The notes under the pieces were generated by a model. That model saw nothing but the letters and a program-made list of their open reading frames with translations. It had not been told where the DNA came from and searched no databases. 64,000 nucleotides of DNA from Eledone cirrhosa. Lineage: Eukaryota. The stretch is taken from positions 19,964,001 through 20,028,000 of the forward strand of contig OZ024755.1 in the NCBI GenBank assembly GCA_964016885.1, written 5' to 3'. The position numbers and the translations under genes were made by a program. Of the stretch, positions 43,413 to 61,110 are shown one piece after another (position 1 is the first letter of the stretch; the number at the start of each line of letters is the position of its first letter).

Positions 43413-45484
43413 ACAGACTTAAACTATGATTTAGTCAGGCCTCTGTTTGTTTGTTTGTGGTACCATGTAGCCCAGTATAACCTGCTTTCTGGCCGGGTGG
43501 CCAGTAACTAAACCGACTCCTCATATCAACCAAGGTAAAGAAAAACCCAGCAGCACAAACAAAACAGAAGGCTATTCAAGAGCGGATGAATGCCTGAGTC
43601 AATGGCCAGCCATCCCAACTATAGCTTAAATAGTCTCACCAACACGCAAGTGGCTCAGCGAGGCGAGTACAGCTATATCCCTGAAATTTCACAGAGCATG
43701 GCATGAGATCTCTCGTGAAAACATGTCAGTAATATGAAGCACAGGCTAGGCTTGCAGATCTGAGCTTTTCTTTGTGGTATATTGGTATACTGGCGTTTGG
43801 GGACCGATTCTGTGTACGCGTTCCCTATTAGAACCTTTGTGGTCTTATATAAACGATCTACATTTTTCATTCAATTCAGTAATATACATTTTTATTGGAA
43901 CTTTTTTTAAGTTTCAGATAATATGATCATAGAGTGGTAATTGGTATTAACTATACGTAGCGGGGATTTTAAGAAATGACATTATATTTGGAATTTCTCT
44001 TTTTTGCTAAGGTCATATATATATATATATATGTGTGCGTGTGTATGTATTTATTTACACAACAAAATACTTCATCATTATTCAAGTGAACTATATTAAA
44101 TTATATTATAAAACCAGGATTTTTTTAAAAGCTGAATTGTTTTTCTAAAAGTATTAAAAAAATCATTTTCAGGAAAACATAACTTCTATCTAGCTGTATA
44201 GAAATGTGAACAAGAAAGTATATAACTGAAAATGCAATTTTTAGTAATAGAAAAGAAATATTCCAATTTCATCTCTTAAATTGATTCCTAAAATATTCTT
44301 GAATTACCTCAAGGTTTTAATGTTTTTTATTTTTTATTTACAACTTTTAATGTATAAAACTATTGAAACTTATAAGAGGAAATTGTCAGAGGGTAAGCGT
44401 AATAAATATATTTTGTTTATTGTTTCGCGTTGCGATACTTTATGCCTGTGTTCAAAATTCACTATCTTCTATATTGCATTTTCTTATTTCTGAATAAAAG
44501 AAGCTGTAAGGATACACAATCATTTGGTCTCCTTTCTAATAAAGTATTTTCATGCTCCTGTGGCAAAAATTAAATTTCTAATATAACATTGCATTTATAA
44601 ATCAACATAAATGACATTTCGAGAAGCCTTCACGCCGAAAAAAAACTTAAACAAGTGTGTTTATTAAATAGAGGAATATAAAAGTTAATTTAACTGTCAC
44701 GAGCAAAGTAATGTGAATTCACATCACTGCAATTTTGTGAGACAAATCTTATAAGAAGCATTTCCGTTTTTTGTTGGTTTTTTTTTTTGTTTATGATCTG
44801 CTAGAAAAATCAAATCGCTGGTAAAGCAGACAAGGATATATATTTATTAAAACAATAATACTGGAAGTTAGCCAAAACTTCTATGACTAAAGAATGGATT
44901 TGTTAAAAGCTTCTGACATTTAGTTTCAATTTGTTTGTGGTTTATAGAAAAAACATATCAAACAAATGATGTTTCATCTAAAACTGACTGACTTTTTTTA
45001 TATAACAGAAAATATCTCACATCGACTATAAGTACACCATCTTAGATAAAACTAAATTCGACATCTTCGGTAACAGTGATAAATGGAGGAAATGACATTC
45101 AATAAAATATATGAGTTTATATGCTAGTAGTATTTTATATTCCAAAAATCTTTAATACGAAATTGTTTTTTGGTTTTTTTTTTTATCCAGGAAACTGCAG
45201 ATAATATAAAACATGAATGCAAATTAACAACACTCTACAAATGCATTTATTGGGAAAATAAATGAGATTCCCCAAATTACTGCACTCTCACAAAACCAGT
45301 ATTCCCAGTAAAATACATACTAGAAAACAATTTGTTACAAATATTATTCATTTAGCATGGCTTTGGGGAATATGGACTATATCTATATGCATATATATAG
45401 AGAGAGAATAAGTAAATTGATATATTTTCTTCAAAGCAGTGTGATCTAAAAACTACTACTACTACTACTAATAATAATAATAAT

Positions 45485-45680
45485 AATAATGGTGTATGAT
45501 TTAGGCACAAGGCCAGCAATTTTAGGGTGATAGGGAAAGTTGATAAAATCGACACCAGTGCATTATTGCTACTTTATTTTTTCGATCCCGTAAGGATGAA
45601 AGGCAAAGCTAACCACGATAAGATTTGAACTCAGAACGTCGAGGACCGTAACTCCATACCACATAGTATGTCCGATGCTC
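45485..45680 (-). mobile_element. Nin-type SINE with an (ATT)n/(AGT)n tail
   Basis: Family motifs, with an adjoining (CTA)n(ATA)n trinucleotide run at 45453-45490. Confidence 0.8.
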
Positions 45681-45857
45681 TTCGGGATCGGATGGTTCAA
45701 TTACCATATCTGGCTGGTGTTTCTTTGGGTACATTTTAAAACGCTACTTGTGGCTCTTACAAGCATGAAACACAAACTGTTGTCGAAAGAGCCTAATTAG
45801 ATCACAAGTCAACATGCAACGTGCGTCCCTTCAATCTTTCTAATTTCTCATTCTTTC

Positions 45858-45892
45858 TTCTGATGAAGGACTGGCGTCCGAAACGTTAATAC
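45858..45892 (+). ncRNA. Minimal hammerhead core (Penelope-type) with degenerate stem I
   Basis: CTGATGA-a-GGAC-tggc-GTCC-GAAA-CGTTA, with palindromic AACGTT as stem III. Confidence 0.55.
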
Positions 45893-46467
45893 CCTCTTCC
45901 TGCTATTTCAAGTGTTATACTAACATATTCCTTCCATATACTGTAGCAATTGTGTTATTTCTGTTTTCTTTTTACACACACACACACACCTGTTTGAGCT
46001 CTATAATCTTACGTGAATAAGATATTCAGTGTTAAAAGTGTGTATTAACACCGACATCTGTTCTGTTTGTTAATTGTATAATATGCAGAATGTTTATGTT
46101 AAGAATGAGAGAGCTCATGCGTTACACGATTACGCACACTAATAGAATAGTATATTAAATTGAATATATATATATATTTGCATTCAATTATCTACTTCGA
46201 ATGACGTAGACTTTACTTCAACATTTATACAGAACATTGACATTTTATTAATGAAACAAATATTACTTTCAAATACCATCAATCATATTTCATAAAGTCG
46301 AGAATAGAATGTATTTGTGATACAAAAATAAATATTCATTTTAAGATAATTATATACATAAAACGACGTATGTACGTACAGCCATCGAACAAAATAGCTT
46401 TCCTTATATAATTTCAAAAGTTTGCAAATAGATTATCTATATAATTGTATCTCAGTATTTATTTAAA

Positions 46468-49965
<3,498 letters not shown>

Positions 49966-50282
49966 ACAATTACTTTCACCGCCTTAAAATAATTGAACAA
50001 AATCATCCTATCATTAGTTTGATTAAATTGATTCTTTGTGTCTTTCATTAATATTTTCTTCATTTTTAATTAAATGTTTATATTTTTGTGTCCTTAATTT
50101 CCTTTCTGAAAATATCTGTTGTCATTGAAGTTAACTTACTTTGATTTTATTTTATATTTCAGGTCTGATATTTTATATTTATTCGTAGAAATATCTAAAA
50201 TTTCAGATCTGATAATATTTTGTTTAATCGGAGAAATAGCTTAACATTTGAGGTTTTTCAAGAAACATTATATAACTAAAGA

Positions 50283-50618
50283 GAGGATTGGCAGTATCGG
50301 TAGAGGGTCGGACGCCATGCTTTCCAGCATAGTTACGTCCCTTTACGATCTGAGTTCAAATCCCGCCGAGGTTGACTTTGCCTTTCATCCTTACGGGGTC
50401 GATAAAATAAAGTACCAGTAATGCACTGGGTAATTGCTGGCCTTGTGCCTAAAGTAGAAACAATTATATAACTAAAGAGAGCTTGAGATACTGCAGTAAA
50501 ATAACATTATTTAAGCACTCCCGGTGGATTGGCAGTATCTGTAGAGGGTCGGACGCCATGCTTTAACGTATAGAGTTACGGCCCTTGCCATTCTGAGTTA
50601 CTGCCAATCCACCGCCCT
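50283..50618 (+). mobile_element. Young Nin-SINE (50283-50466, with TSD) plus a second head fragment with a self-inverted end
   Basis: TSD ATTATATAACTAAAGAGAG. The first copy is nearly identical to the reverse complement of 21673-21853. Segment 50521-50618 ends in the complement of its own start. Confidence 0.92.
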
Positions 50619-50944
50619 CAAGTGCAAAATAATGTCCCTTATGTCCTTTAAGTTGTATCAAAATTTCCTACATCAATCTGTACAATTCAGGAAGTTAATA
50701 AAAACTAAAACCCCTGTATGACGTTTGGGCCACCCTGTTAACCTCACTAATATATATTTTTTAATACGTTAGTCGTACTCGTGTATTCATGTACAATGTA
50801 GTACATCTACTGAATATAGAAACAGATATTTTGGTATATAAAATATTAGAGTGGCACCAGTTTTTTACTGGTTCATAGTAAACTGTAGAACCACTGAGGC
50901 CTATCAGTGTTGCATATATAGCAATAGTATATAGCATTCTAGTT

Positions 50945-51598
50945 GTTGTCTTCCTTCTTCTACAACAACTACAACGGTACGCGATGGGGCCCATCCACAG
51001 CCACGGCGGACAGAATGAAGAATGCAATTCCCCGGAGGACGGCAAGGGAGACGCGCTGGAAAAGCCACTCCAACTCACACCTGCGGCTGACCAGCTTAGC
51101 GCCTATGGTGGTGAGTAAGGAGGTAGCCCTGGGGCCCGAGGACACCAGAAGTCTCCACTGCCAGGGGTACGACCGCAAACCTGTCGGTGAGCGACGGGTA
51201 TTTGAGGAGTTCGGCCCCCTCAGCCCGACGTGCAGCAGAACCTGGGTTAGTCGCAGACTGCACAAGGTTGCGCTGGAGAAAGTGTCGGTGCAAGTGGAAT
51301 CCCAGACGAGTGGTTTGCCAGAAGATGGTCTTGCCATCTGGACTTTTGCCGTCCCCTCGATCCAGCCCCACCGGCTCGAGCTGGGAAGGGAAGCCTGCAG
51401 CGTCCAAGCTATGCTTAATGACCTCGTTGAGGGCAGCAAGGCGTGGAATGAGGGCAGCAAGGCGTAGAATCCGGCCGGCACTGTGGCGACAGGAAAGCGG
51501 GTGGAGGCCGAAAGAGTCCACGGTGGAAACGCAGCGACATTGGTGTGGCTGGCAGATCCGGAGACCGAGCCTCAGGGAAACGCCGATGCTTAACACAC
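50945..51598 (-). mobile_element. CRE-like non-LTR retrotransposon 3' fragment (zinc knuckle plus RLE)
   Basis: LRLGLRICQPHQCRC...GLHPLSC...LNEVIK...LEPVGLDRGDGKSPDG; in a second frame GKPLVWDSTCTDT and WLFQRVSLAVLRG. Frameshifted. Confidence 0.88.
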
Positions 51599-52532
51599 CA
51601 GTACTTCGACGATATCTATGAAATCTACTTTTTGTTAATGAGATTCCATAATACTAAAGCATGCCTAGAATTATCTCCCTTAAAGACCATCAACAATCAA
51701 CTTTCAGTCTGACAACAGGTTACGTGTTGAAATTAATAAATGTTAAACTACAGCGTCAAATGTGTATTTTCAGTAGCAGCAGCATAATATAACAGTAGCT
51801 AGAAACTACATTTCTAGTTATTATAAATGTATGGTGATAAATTGTTCCATAGGTTTACAATAGTTATATACATCACTAAGTAAACACATGCACGTATACA
51901 CACACGCCAACACAGACACAGGCATTGAAACAAACATACGCTCACACATGCTCATAACCATACATGCAAAACCTCCTTCCACACATAAGGAAGTTGATTA
52001 GCCGGTCATGTAGTGAATCCCATATCATTATGAAACATATGATAGCATGTTTCTACAGTATATCACGCTACTTACGAAGTTATACGCCGCCTCCGTGTTT
52101 TTCAAATTTTCTCTCAAAAAGCATTTTTAAAATTTTTTATTTAACATGCAAAGGGTATTTAAATGATCATATTCAAATATAATTAACATTATTACTTGAA
52201 GGGGAATTTATTTGCAAAGCCAATTTTGTATGCACGCTTCATTCCGCAAAAATAATAAAAAAAATATAATGCATTAGAATAGATTTAATTATCTGAGGCA
52301 TCAGTTTGTGATTTGAAATGTGCATTGGATGTTAATGAATAGCGAGTAAAAACAGTAAATTGTGTTTGGGGGGGTCAACTAGACGCTAACACCTGAAATG
52401 TTAAAAGAAAAAAAAAAAGAATTCCTTAAAGGGAAACTATGCTACAAATAGAAAAAAAAATGCTACCCAGTTGTAAATCGTTACTAGCCTTAAATTCAAT
52501 GTAAATTCTCGAGCATTATATTCGAGATTAAA

Positions 52533-53145
52533 CTGGCAGTAATCGGTAGAGCATCGGGCAACTTGCTTTGTGGCATATAGTTACGAGTTACGTCTCTTTA
52601 TATTCTGAGTTCAAACTCCGTCGTGGTTAGCTTTGCCTTTCATCCTTACGTTTACGGGGTCGATAAAAAAATTGTTGGCTTTGTGCCTAAATCAGAAACC
52701 ATTATTGGACAATAGGGCGGTGAAAAACAGTAAACGGTATAGCGTCTGACAACATGCTTGTGGCATATAGTTACGAGTTACATCTCTTTACATTCTGAGT
52801 TCAAACTCCGCCGTGGTTAGCTTTGCCTTTCATCCTTACGTTTACGGGGTCGTTAAAATAAAGTAGCAGTAATGTACTGGTGTCGATTTAATCGACTTTT
52901 TTTCTACCTCAAAATTGTTAGTTTTCTGCTTAAGTCAGAAACCATTATTGGACAATAGAGCGGTGGAAAATCAGTAAAGCGTCTGACATGCTTTGTGGCA
53001 TATAGTTACATATCTTTACGTTCTGAGTTCAAATTCCGCCGAGATCAGCTTTGAGTTTCATCCTTAAGGGGTCGTTAAAATAAAGTACCAGTGACGTACT
53101 AGGATCAATTTCTCCTCCCTTAAAAGGCCTGAATCAGAAACCAGT
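52533..53145 (+). mobile_element. Head-to-tail trimer of an older Nin-type SINE
   Basis: Three copies. The first two share the private insertions GTTACGAGTTAC and CTTACGTTTACGGGG, and the copies are joined by CAGAAACCATTATTGGACAATAG. Confidence 0.88.
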
Positions 53146-54826
53146 ATACCGGTGATTATTGGAACAAAAACATCGACTGCTAAGCTAGTTTGTTTTACTA
53201 AAACGTTTTGTACAGTTCAATTCCTAGCTTTTCTTCAGCGGAGATTAAACTCCCAATATAAATCATACGCAAATCTCCGAGCGAGAGATTCACTATCACG
53301 AGGAAAGAATACAAAAGAATGCTAATTAAAAAAATATATATATAAAAGAACCTTCTCTTCAGCAGCAAATAAAAAACATGCAGGAAATAAGAATTCAACC
53401 TAAGGTCGCCATTTGAAATTGAAAAAATTTACTAGAGCCTGTGTTGTGTAGGTTGATATTTAAAGGGTTACTAGCTATGTAAAACGTTATGAATACCACA
53501 TATTTTCTTATAATTTCTGAAATGCATTAATATTTTATCTTAAATATGTAGAAATGATTAAAGAATTACAAAAGATTGGTTGAAATGAAAATGGCGCCAT
53601 TGGATTTTACGTAGAGAGGGGAGGGAAGAAGCCAATCAAAGGAGGGAACATCAAGACAGTAACACGAACGCTTAGAAACAACAGTAAATCTGCCTCAAAC
53701 CATACTGTATAATCACAAAACAGAGAGAACACATTCAATAATGTGATACTAGATATAACAAAAAAACAACATGGCCAAGCCGCAATACTCAATTGATGTA
53801 ATCTGGGACTTGACAATAATTACAAAATCAACGGTAGCAACAACACAAGAAATTATGCATTTTTTTAATTTAATTTTCCTAAATATTTATCGACGATGAA
53901 GCGGTGTAATTTTATCAAGATATTTCAAAGCTGTTTTCAACAGAAATTTTTTAATTGATATGAATAACAGTTTCTTTCATGGTAGTTACTGACTGACTTA
54001 AATTTTATTCTCCTAAGATAATTGTTTTATGCAATGCATGGCAGCCATGTGCTTTACGATTAAAGAAAATGTAAGTATTCAGACGATAATGTTGAATGCC
54101 AAGAAAAAATACGTACAGAATATTTAAACTAGCTTCATAGCAATATAATCTTTAACCACACATTCCAGATTCATGGCAAAATCAGCAAGTTAATGAGGGA
54201 TGCATCGATGCGACGTTTAATCGTCTGCCTTTTCTATGCCAACTACATGAACCACTGTTGTATATATATATATAGGAACGAGTAGGACCCCGACGGCTGA
54301 GCTCAAGCCGTTTCGACGGCTAATTCTGGACTAAATGAACATTTTTATCCTGGTATTTGATTGTCACAAGGATTGGTCAAAAGTTTGTTGAGACATAATA
54401 ATTCTATGATGGCAAATTTGTGGAGGGAAGGGGTAGCCGTTATATATATATCCCTTTTTGGCATATTACCAGTGAGACCTTGGTTACCATGTTGAGCTCT
54501 GCTGATGAACGAAATCCAACCGTGACCATCCCCACTGAAAGCTTTCGCGAAATAGTCTTTTCAAGACTATACAGAGCATTTGAAGTTGTCCCAAATTGAA
54601 GGTTGAGTACTTTAGACTTTGTTTTATCATGAGTTAAGGCTGTATTGATTTTTCCCTGGATTTCTCTAAATTCTGTTGGATAAATCAATATCCTGATTCC
54701 TTTTGAATTGAGTCTGAATTATTTTTCCCATATCTTATGTTAACTATTGTCCCAGTTTGACGCTATTGTCACATATATGTTATGGAATACTGTTAGCTTC
54801 TCGCTACAACAATTTCTATACTTTTC

Positions 54827-54866
<40 letters not shown>

Positions 54867-55009
54867 CACTTCAGCTCAAACCTATTCGACAATGGGACAT
54901 GCCACAGTAACGACGATACGCAATCTTTATTCTTAATATCACTTCAACAAGATGTGATTATAAATACTAGAACATTGTTGTTCCATAGAACTTGCAAAAG
55001 CACATACTT

Positions 55010-55860
55010 ACATATATATATTATATATCACACACACATATATTATATATCACACACATATATCACACACATATATATCATATATATCAAACACATATAT
55101 ATCATATATATCACACACATATATCATATATATCACACATATATATCATATATATCACACATATATATCATATATTACACACATATATATCATATATTAC
55201 ACACATGTATATCATATCACACACATGCATATTATATATCACACACATGCATATGATATATCACACACATGCATATGATATATCACACACATGCATATGA
55301 TATATCACACACATGTATATTATATATCACACACATGTATATTATATATCACACATATATATTATATATCACACATATATATTATATATCACATACACAT
55401 ATCTATATATCACATACACATATCTATATATCACATACACACATCTATATATCACATACACACATCTATATATCACATACACACATCTATATATCACATA
55501 CACACATCTATATATCACATACACACATCTATATATCACATACACACATCTATATATCACATACACACATCTATATATCACATACACACATCTATATATC
55601 ACATACACACATCTATATATCACATACACACATCTATATATCACATACACACATCTATATATCACATACACACATCTATATATCACATACACACATCTAT
55701 ATATCACATACACACATCTATATATCACATACACACATCTATATATCACATATATATTATATATCATATTATATATCACATATATATATATATATATCAC
55801 ATACATATATATATATATCACATACATATATATATATATATCACATACACATACACACTC
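55010..55860. repeat. Minisatellite with a 21-bp core unit (ATCTATATATCACATACACAC) and degenerate flanks
   Basis: Seen directly; 7-aa periodicity in the pseudo-ORFs. Confidence 0.95.
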
Positions 55861-56749
55861 TGATATATATGCATATTTGAGAGGCATTTGTGTGTAGCAA
55901 CTTTGCATATATAGCTAATAACTCATGGAAATATATTCTACTAGAATACATAATGAACTTACAAAATGATTCAATTTGTATAGATTCGATGTAGCTATGA
56001 TAAAATCAAGCAACAAAGAATATATTCCATACAAAAATTTTATCTAAGAGCACTGGTAAAATATAGAATATAAAATATAAACGGAAGGATTTTAAACCTA
56101 CGTTCAAAACCTTGAGGATGGGAATAATCTGCCACAGAAAGATGTTCAACTGAATGCTATTATATAATCCAGTTCTAGGAGGACTCTTTGCTGGAATTGA
56201 ACATTATTCGAACGAATGGTTCTCAGGGGGAAGAAGAGTGTAAAGACTGGAAAATCATTTTCATTGTGCAATGGAAGAAGAAAACTTTTCATGAAGCAGA
56301 ATGATATAACACGCAATTATATAGCCATATTACCATACTCCCCAACGTTTACACATTTACATGTCCCACTGAAAAAATAAAAAGTTTTTGCACGCCATCA
56401 TTTGATTCATTTGATGTTCACTTTGGTTTTGTGATACAATGATGTAATTCGCTGGATAGCAAACATGCTTAAAGGTAAAAATGCAGTATACGCCATTGTT
56501 TTATATTTCTTTGAATAAATATCCACAATATTCAAATATAATACATGCTTAAAATATTTCTATTTCATGAAACTTTGCTATATTTAAAATGCAAAGTTCA
56601 ACATTAATTTGCCAATAAGAACATTAACTACACACACACACACACGTATCCAGGGAGTGTACCTTGGAGTTTCTGTAGGTTCACTCGGGTGAGCACCCGA
56701 TGTTTAGGTTCACGTCAGTATTGAGGTGTAGAGATAAACAGAGTAATAT

Positions 56750-57562
56750 AATTGTTTCTACTTTTGGCACAAGGCCAGCAATTACCCAGTGCATTACTGG
56801 TACTTTATTTTATCGACCCCGTAAGGATGAAAGGCAAAGTTAACCTTGGCGGGATTTGAACTCAGAATGGCAAGGGCCGTAACTATGCGTCAACGCATGG
56901 CGTCCGACCCTCTACCGATACTGCCCATTCACCGCCCTAGAGTGTAATATAATAATTATTTCTATTTTTGGCACAAGGCCAGCAATTAATCCAGTGTATT
57001 ACTGGTACTTTATTTTATCTACCCCATAAGGATGAAAGGCAAAGTTAACCTTGGCGGGATTTGAACTCAGAATGGCAAGGGCCGTAACTATGCGTCAACG
57101 CATGGCGTCCGACCCTCTACCGATACTGCCCATTCACCGCCCTAGAGTGTAATATAATAATTATTTCTATTTTTGGCACAAGGCCAGCAATTAATCCAGT
57201 GTATTACTGGTACTTTATTTTATCGACCCCATAAGGATGAAAGGTAAAGTTGAACTCAGAGTGTAATATAATGATCCAAGGACGAGTGGTTACTCCTTCA
57301 TTACGTTTATTGGTTGGTGACCCGCTTTTCGCTTCTGATCAGCTGAAGGTTCGATCTGGCTCGACTCTAGAGTCGAGCCAGATCGATACAGATCGAACCT
57401 TGAGCTGATCAATAGCGAAACGTGCGTCAACAACCAATAAACGTAATGAAAGAGTAACCACTCGTCCTTGGATTATTATTATTGGATTTGAAATAAGGCC
57501 ATAAAGGGCCGTAACTCTATGCTGCAAAGCATGGCGTCCGACCATTTACCGATACTGCCAAT
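56750..57562 (-). mobile_element. Tandem Nin-SINE array (period about 205 bp) interrupted by a palindrome
   Basis: Near-identical units with the junction CCCTAGAGTGTAATATAATAATT. A SINE head resumes at about 57484. Confidence 0.9.
57265..57480. repeat. About 215-bp imperfect palindrome with a perfect 36-bp core (57351-57386)
   Basis: Arms ATCCAAGGACGAGTGGTTACTC... and ...GAGTAACCACTCGTCCTTGGAT; core TCGATCTGGCTCGACTCTAGAGTCGAGCCAGATCGA. Confidence 0.93.
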
Positions 57563-57814
57563 CGACCAAGAACCATGTAGAGGTGTTATATATGAGATTT
57601 ATTGCTTAGCCCAGTTACAAATGTTTCCCAGGTAGCCGGATCGTGATCTGGGGTCATCATCCCAGACCAGTAAAAACCAAGACTAGCTGATCCGGCAAGA
57701 CACAAGCCTATAGAATGACCAATCACGGGCCTAGAATCCAACGGACGCACGTATCCCGAACTTTACAAGAAAATAACCGTTATAAACAAACAAAAACAAA
57801 ATATATGTGATCAC

Positions 57815-57857
<43 letters not shown>

Positions 57858-58498
57858 CACACACACACACATTAAATAACTACGCGCGCGCGGACACGCC
57901 CACACGTAAAAATTGTACATGAACATACAAATACATGCACACACACACACACGTGCATATATACACACATACACACACACACATATACATACATCATAAA
58001 AAAAAACGCAAAAATTGTTAAGAGTCGATCCTCAAATTCAAGCAGAAGTACATTGTGAGAGGGTTCATACGGGAATTGAAGTAAACCTTTAGGGCTGAGG
58101 GGTCAGCGTCAGGTGTAACGTGGTCCGTGGCGATGGCGCGGTGAAATTGGTAAGCACGCCACTGCAACCGTTAGGTAAATGAGTCCGTATACTGTAACAT
58201 CCTACACAGGTAAATGTTGCTATCCCCTATTGGTATGTTCCCCCTCACAATTTACTTCTGCTTGAATTTGAGGGTAGACTCTTACACGTTTTGCGTTTTT
58301 TTTTTATGATGCATGTATGTATATATATGTGTCTGTGTATATGTGTGTGTGTATATGTATGTATATATATGTGTCTGTGTATATGTGTGTGTGTATATGT
58401 GTGTGTGTATATGTGTGTATTTATATGTTTATGTACGTGAGTGTGTGTATGTATTTGTATGTCCATGTTTTCTCCGGACTTACTGAATCTTTTGCACG

Positions 58499-58722
58499 TA
58501 TATATATATAATTTCAGTTATATATATATAATTTCAGTTATATATATATAATTTCAGTTATATATATATATAATTTCAGTTATATATATATAATTTCAGT
58601 TATATATATATAATTTCAGTTATATAAATATAATTTCAGTTATATAAATATAATTTCAGTTATATATATATAATTTCAGTTATATATATATAATTTCAGT
58701 TATATATATATAATTTTAGTTT
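58499..58722. repeat. About 20-bp minisatellite (AT)nAATTTCAGTT, about 11 copies
   Basis: Seen directly in the sequence. Confidence 0.95.
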
Positions 58723-58925
58723 CGAAAACGATATGAACTGTTATACCGGTAAAGTAAATAAATATTCTTAAAAGACACCAGTTGCATTTTCAATTTCTTT
58801 TCCCTTATAAATATATATATATATATATATATATTTATTAAATATTTGCTCTACGGTTCTTATATATTTGATATATATTTATCCTTATCGAGCCCTCTTT
58901 GGATTTTAGTCTTCAATTTTATTAT

Positions 58926-58981
<56 letters not shown>

Positions 58982-59671
58982 ATTGTAGGTAAAAGAGTTC
59001 AAATATACCAGGGGGTGGCTCTGTAACTAATTCCTAAAATAAACTAAAGCTAGGAGAGTTAATATACAAAACAAGAGAGGCAGGACCAAAATATATTTAG
59101 AGTAAAACATATTTATACTTACGTCAATTTTCGCGCCACTTCAGTTTCAAAGCGTAAGAACAATATTAAGGTAATCCTAGTTAATGAAGGTAACATTTCC
59201 AAACATCTTTTAGTTAAAAGGCTGTTAAGTCTGCCGTAATAAGTCAACAATACAATTGTCTCCCTGAAAATTACGCATGCATAATGGCAATGACTTAAGG
59301 AATAAGAGTCGTGCAGACTCGCCCCTTATCTCCCTTTGTTGTGCAACTCTTCTTTTGTGATAAAGGTGTCTTGAACACTCTTTGCTTTTCTTAAGACTAT
59401 TTCTGCAGCAATGACAAAAGAAGTTCTCAGCATACGTCTCTATCCACGAATAAACCATTTAGTGGCCAAAGCTCTAAAAATGGCGCATGCGTAATGACAA
59501 TGACGACGGTGGCAATAAGTCGACACGTGACAGTTTCGTAAGAATGTTAAAAATAGCTAAACAACGAGTTTGGAATTTATCTTCATGCCAATTGTGTTAT
59601 TAAAACCAATTTTTAAATAAGATAGTAATTTTTTTTTTCCTGTATGACATTTCCCAGTTAATGTAGTTGGG

Positions 59672-59721
<50 letters not shown>

Positions 59722-59722
<1 letters not shown>

Positions 59723-60330
59723 AGGCAGAAACACAATAGAACCAGACTCCTACTGTCACTGCCTCCGTCCCTCCCGCTATCCCCATCTCTCACTATTGTG
59801 AGCAAATGAGGGTCCACGCCTTGGCCGCCCCGCTGCCCCGGTGGGCAGAATAGAAAATCCGTTTCCCCGGATGATGGTGAGGGAGACGCATTGGAAGAGC
59901 TATTCCAGCTCACGAGGCTCACATCTGCTGGCGGACAAGTCTGTGTCGATGGTGGTGAGTAGGGAGTAGGGAGTGGGCATAGGGCCAAGGGTACCAGAAG
60001 TCCCTGCTGCAACAGACTCGACTGCAGATTTGTCGGAGAGTGAATGGTATTTGGAGTGTTTACCCTCATCGGCCCGGAGTGCAGCAGAGCCTAGGTTAGT
60101 CGCAGACTGCACAAGTTTGCCACTGGAGAATGTGTCGCTGCATGTGGCATCCCATATGAGGGGTTTCCCACTGCGGAACGGGAAGGTGGTCATGCAGTCT
60201 GCTTTTCGCCCTCCTTTCGGTCCAACCTCATCGGCTCAAGCTGGGTGGGGGAGCACGCAGCATCCAAGCCATGTTTTATGATCTCGTTGAGAGCAGCATT
60301 GAGTGAAAGGTGACCGGCACTCTAGCGACA
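59722..60330 (-). mobile_element. CRE-like non-LTR retrotransposon 3' fragment (third, more diverged copy)
   Basis: FPFRSGKPLIWDATCSDTF...ADEGKHSKY...GTSGTLGP. Flanked by (TA)n on both sides. Confidence 0.85.
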
Positions 60331-60338
60331 CACACATG

Positions 60339-60378
<40 letters not shown>

Positions 60379-60472
60379 TATATATATATAAATACCTGTG
60401 ATGGTTGGAAGATCACTGATGAGGACCACTTTATTCATATGTAACCCATTTGCAACCACGCAGCACGTTTAT

Positions 60473-60507
<35 letters not shown>

Positions 60508-60513
<6 letters not shown>

Positions 60514-60755
60514 TGTAATAAACAACATAAGGCAATTAATTCATTTACCAGTGGTTTCTTAAAAGCAAACACATTTCGCTTTCAATCATCAGAATGAAAA
60601 TATCCTGGTGTATATATTGACATTGGATTTTAAAATACAATGTAAATAAATACACCAGGATTTTTTCATTCTGATGATTGAAAGCAAAATTTGTTTGCTT
60701 TTAAGAAACCACTGGTAAATGAAATAATTGCCTTATGTTGTTTATTACATAACTA
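60508..60755. repeat. About 248-bp imperfect palindrome abutting (TA)n
   Basis: Arms TAGTTATGTAATAAACAACATAAGGCAATT... and ...AATTGCCTTATGTTGTTTATTACATAACTA. Confidence 0.93.
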
Positions 60756-60820
60756 TTAAGCTCTGATACCTACATAGAGCACTCTTTTTTCCTGGACCTT
60801 TCCGACGGAATTACTTCATT

Positions 60821-60869
<49 letters not shown>

Positions 60870-61110
60870 TAGGAGTGCCTCTCAGTTTCTCTATAGGTAC
60901 TTAGCTTGAATTTGTTCTGCCTTTGTTTCTCTAAATATAGTTTTTAAAGAATCCCCTTTCTTTAAATCCATCAACCAACGACCTCCACCTATCCCAATCA
61001 CCACCCTCTCCTACCACCAAAAAATGTATAAATACCATCATATTACTTGGACAGTCGGCTTCCTGATGATTTCTTCCGAATTAAACAGTTCTAGTCCTGT
61101 AGAAGCTATT

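Noticed and set aside
54440-54688. 82-aa minus-strand ORF as an exon
   Set aside because: Poor splice signals, no recognisable domain, and its end appears to run into repeat-derived sequence.
58128-58175. tRNA-like D-arm (GGTGAAATTGGTAAGCAC)
   Set aside because: No anticodon stem, T-arm or acceptor pairing.
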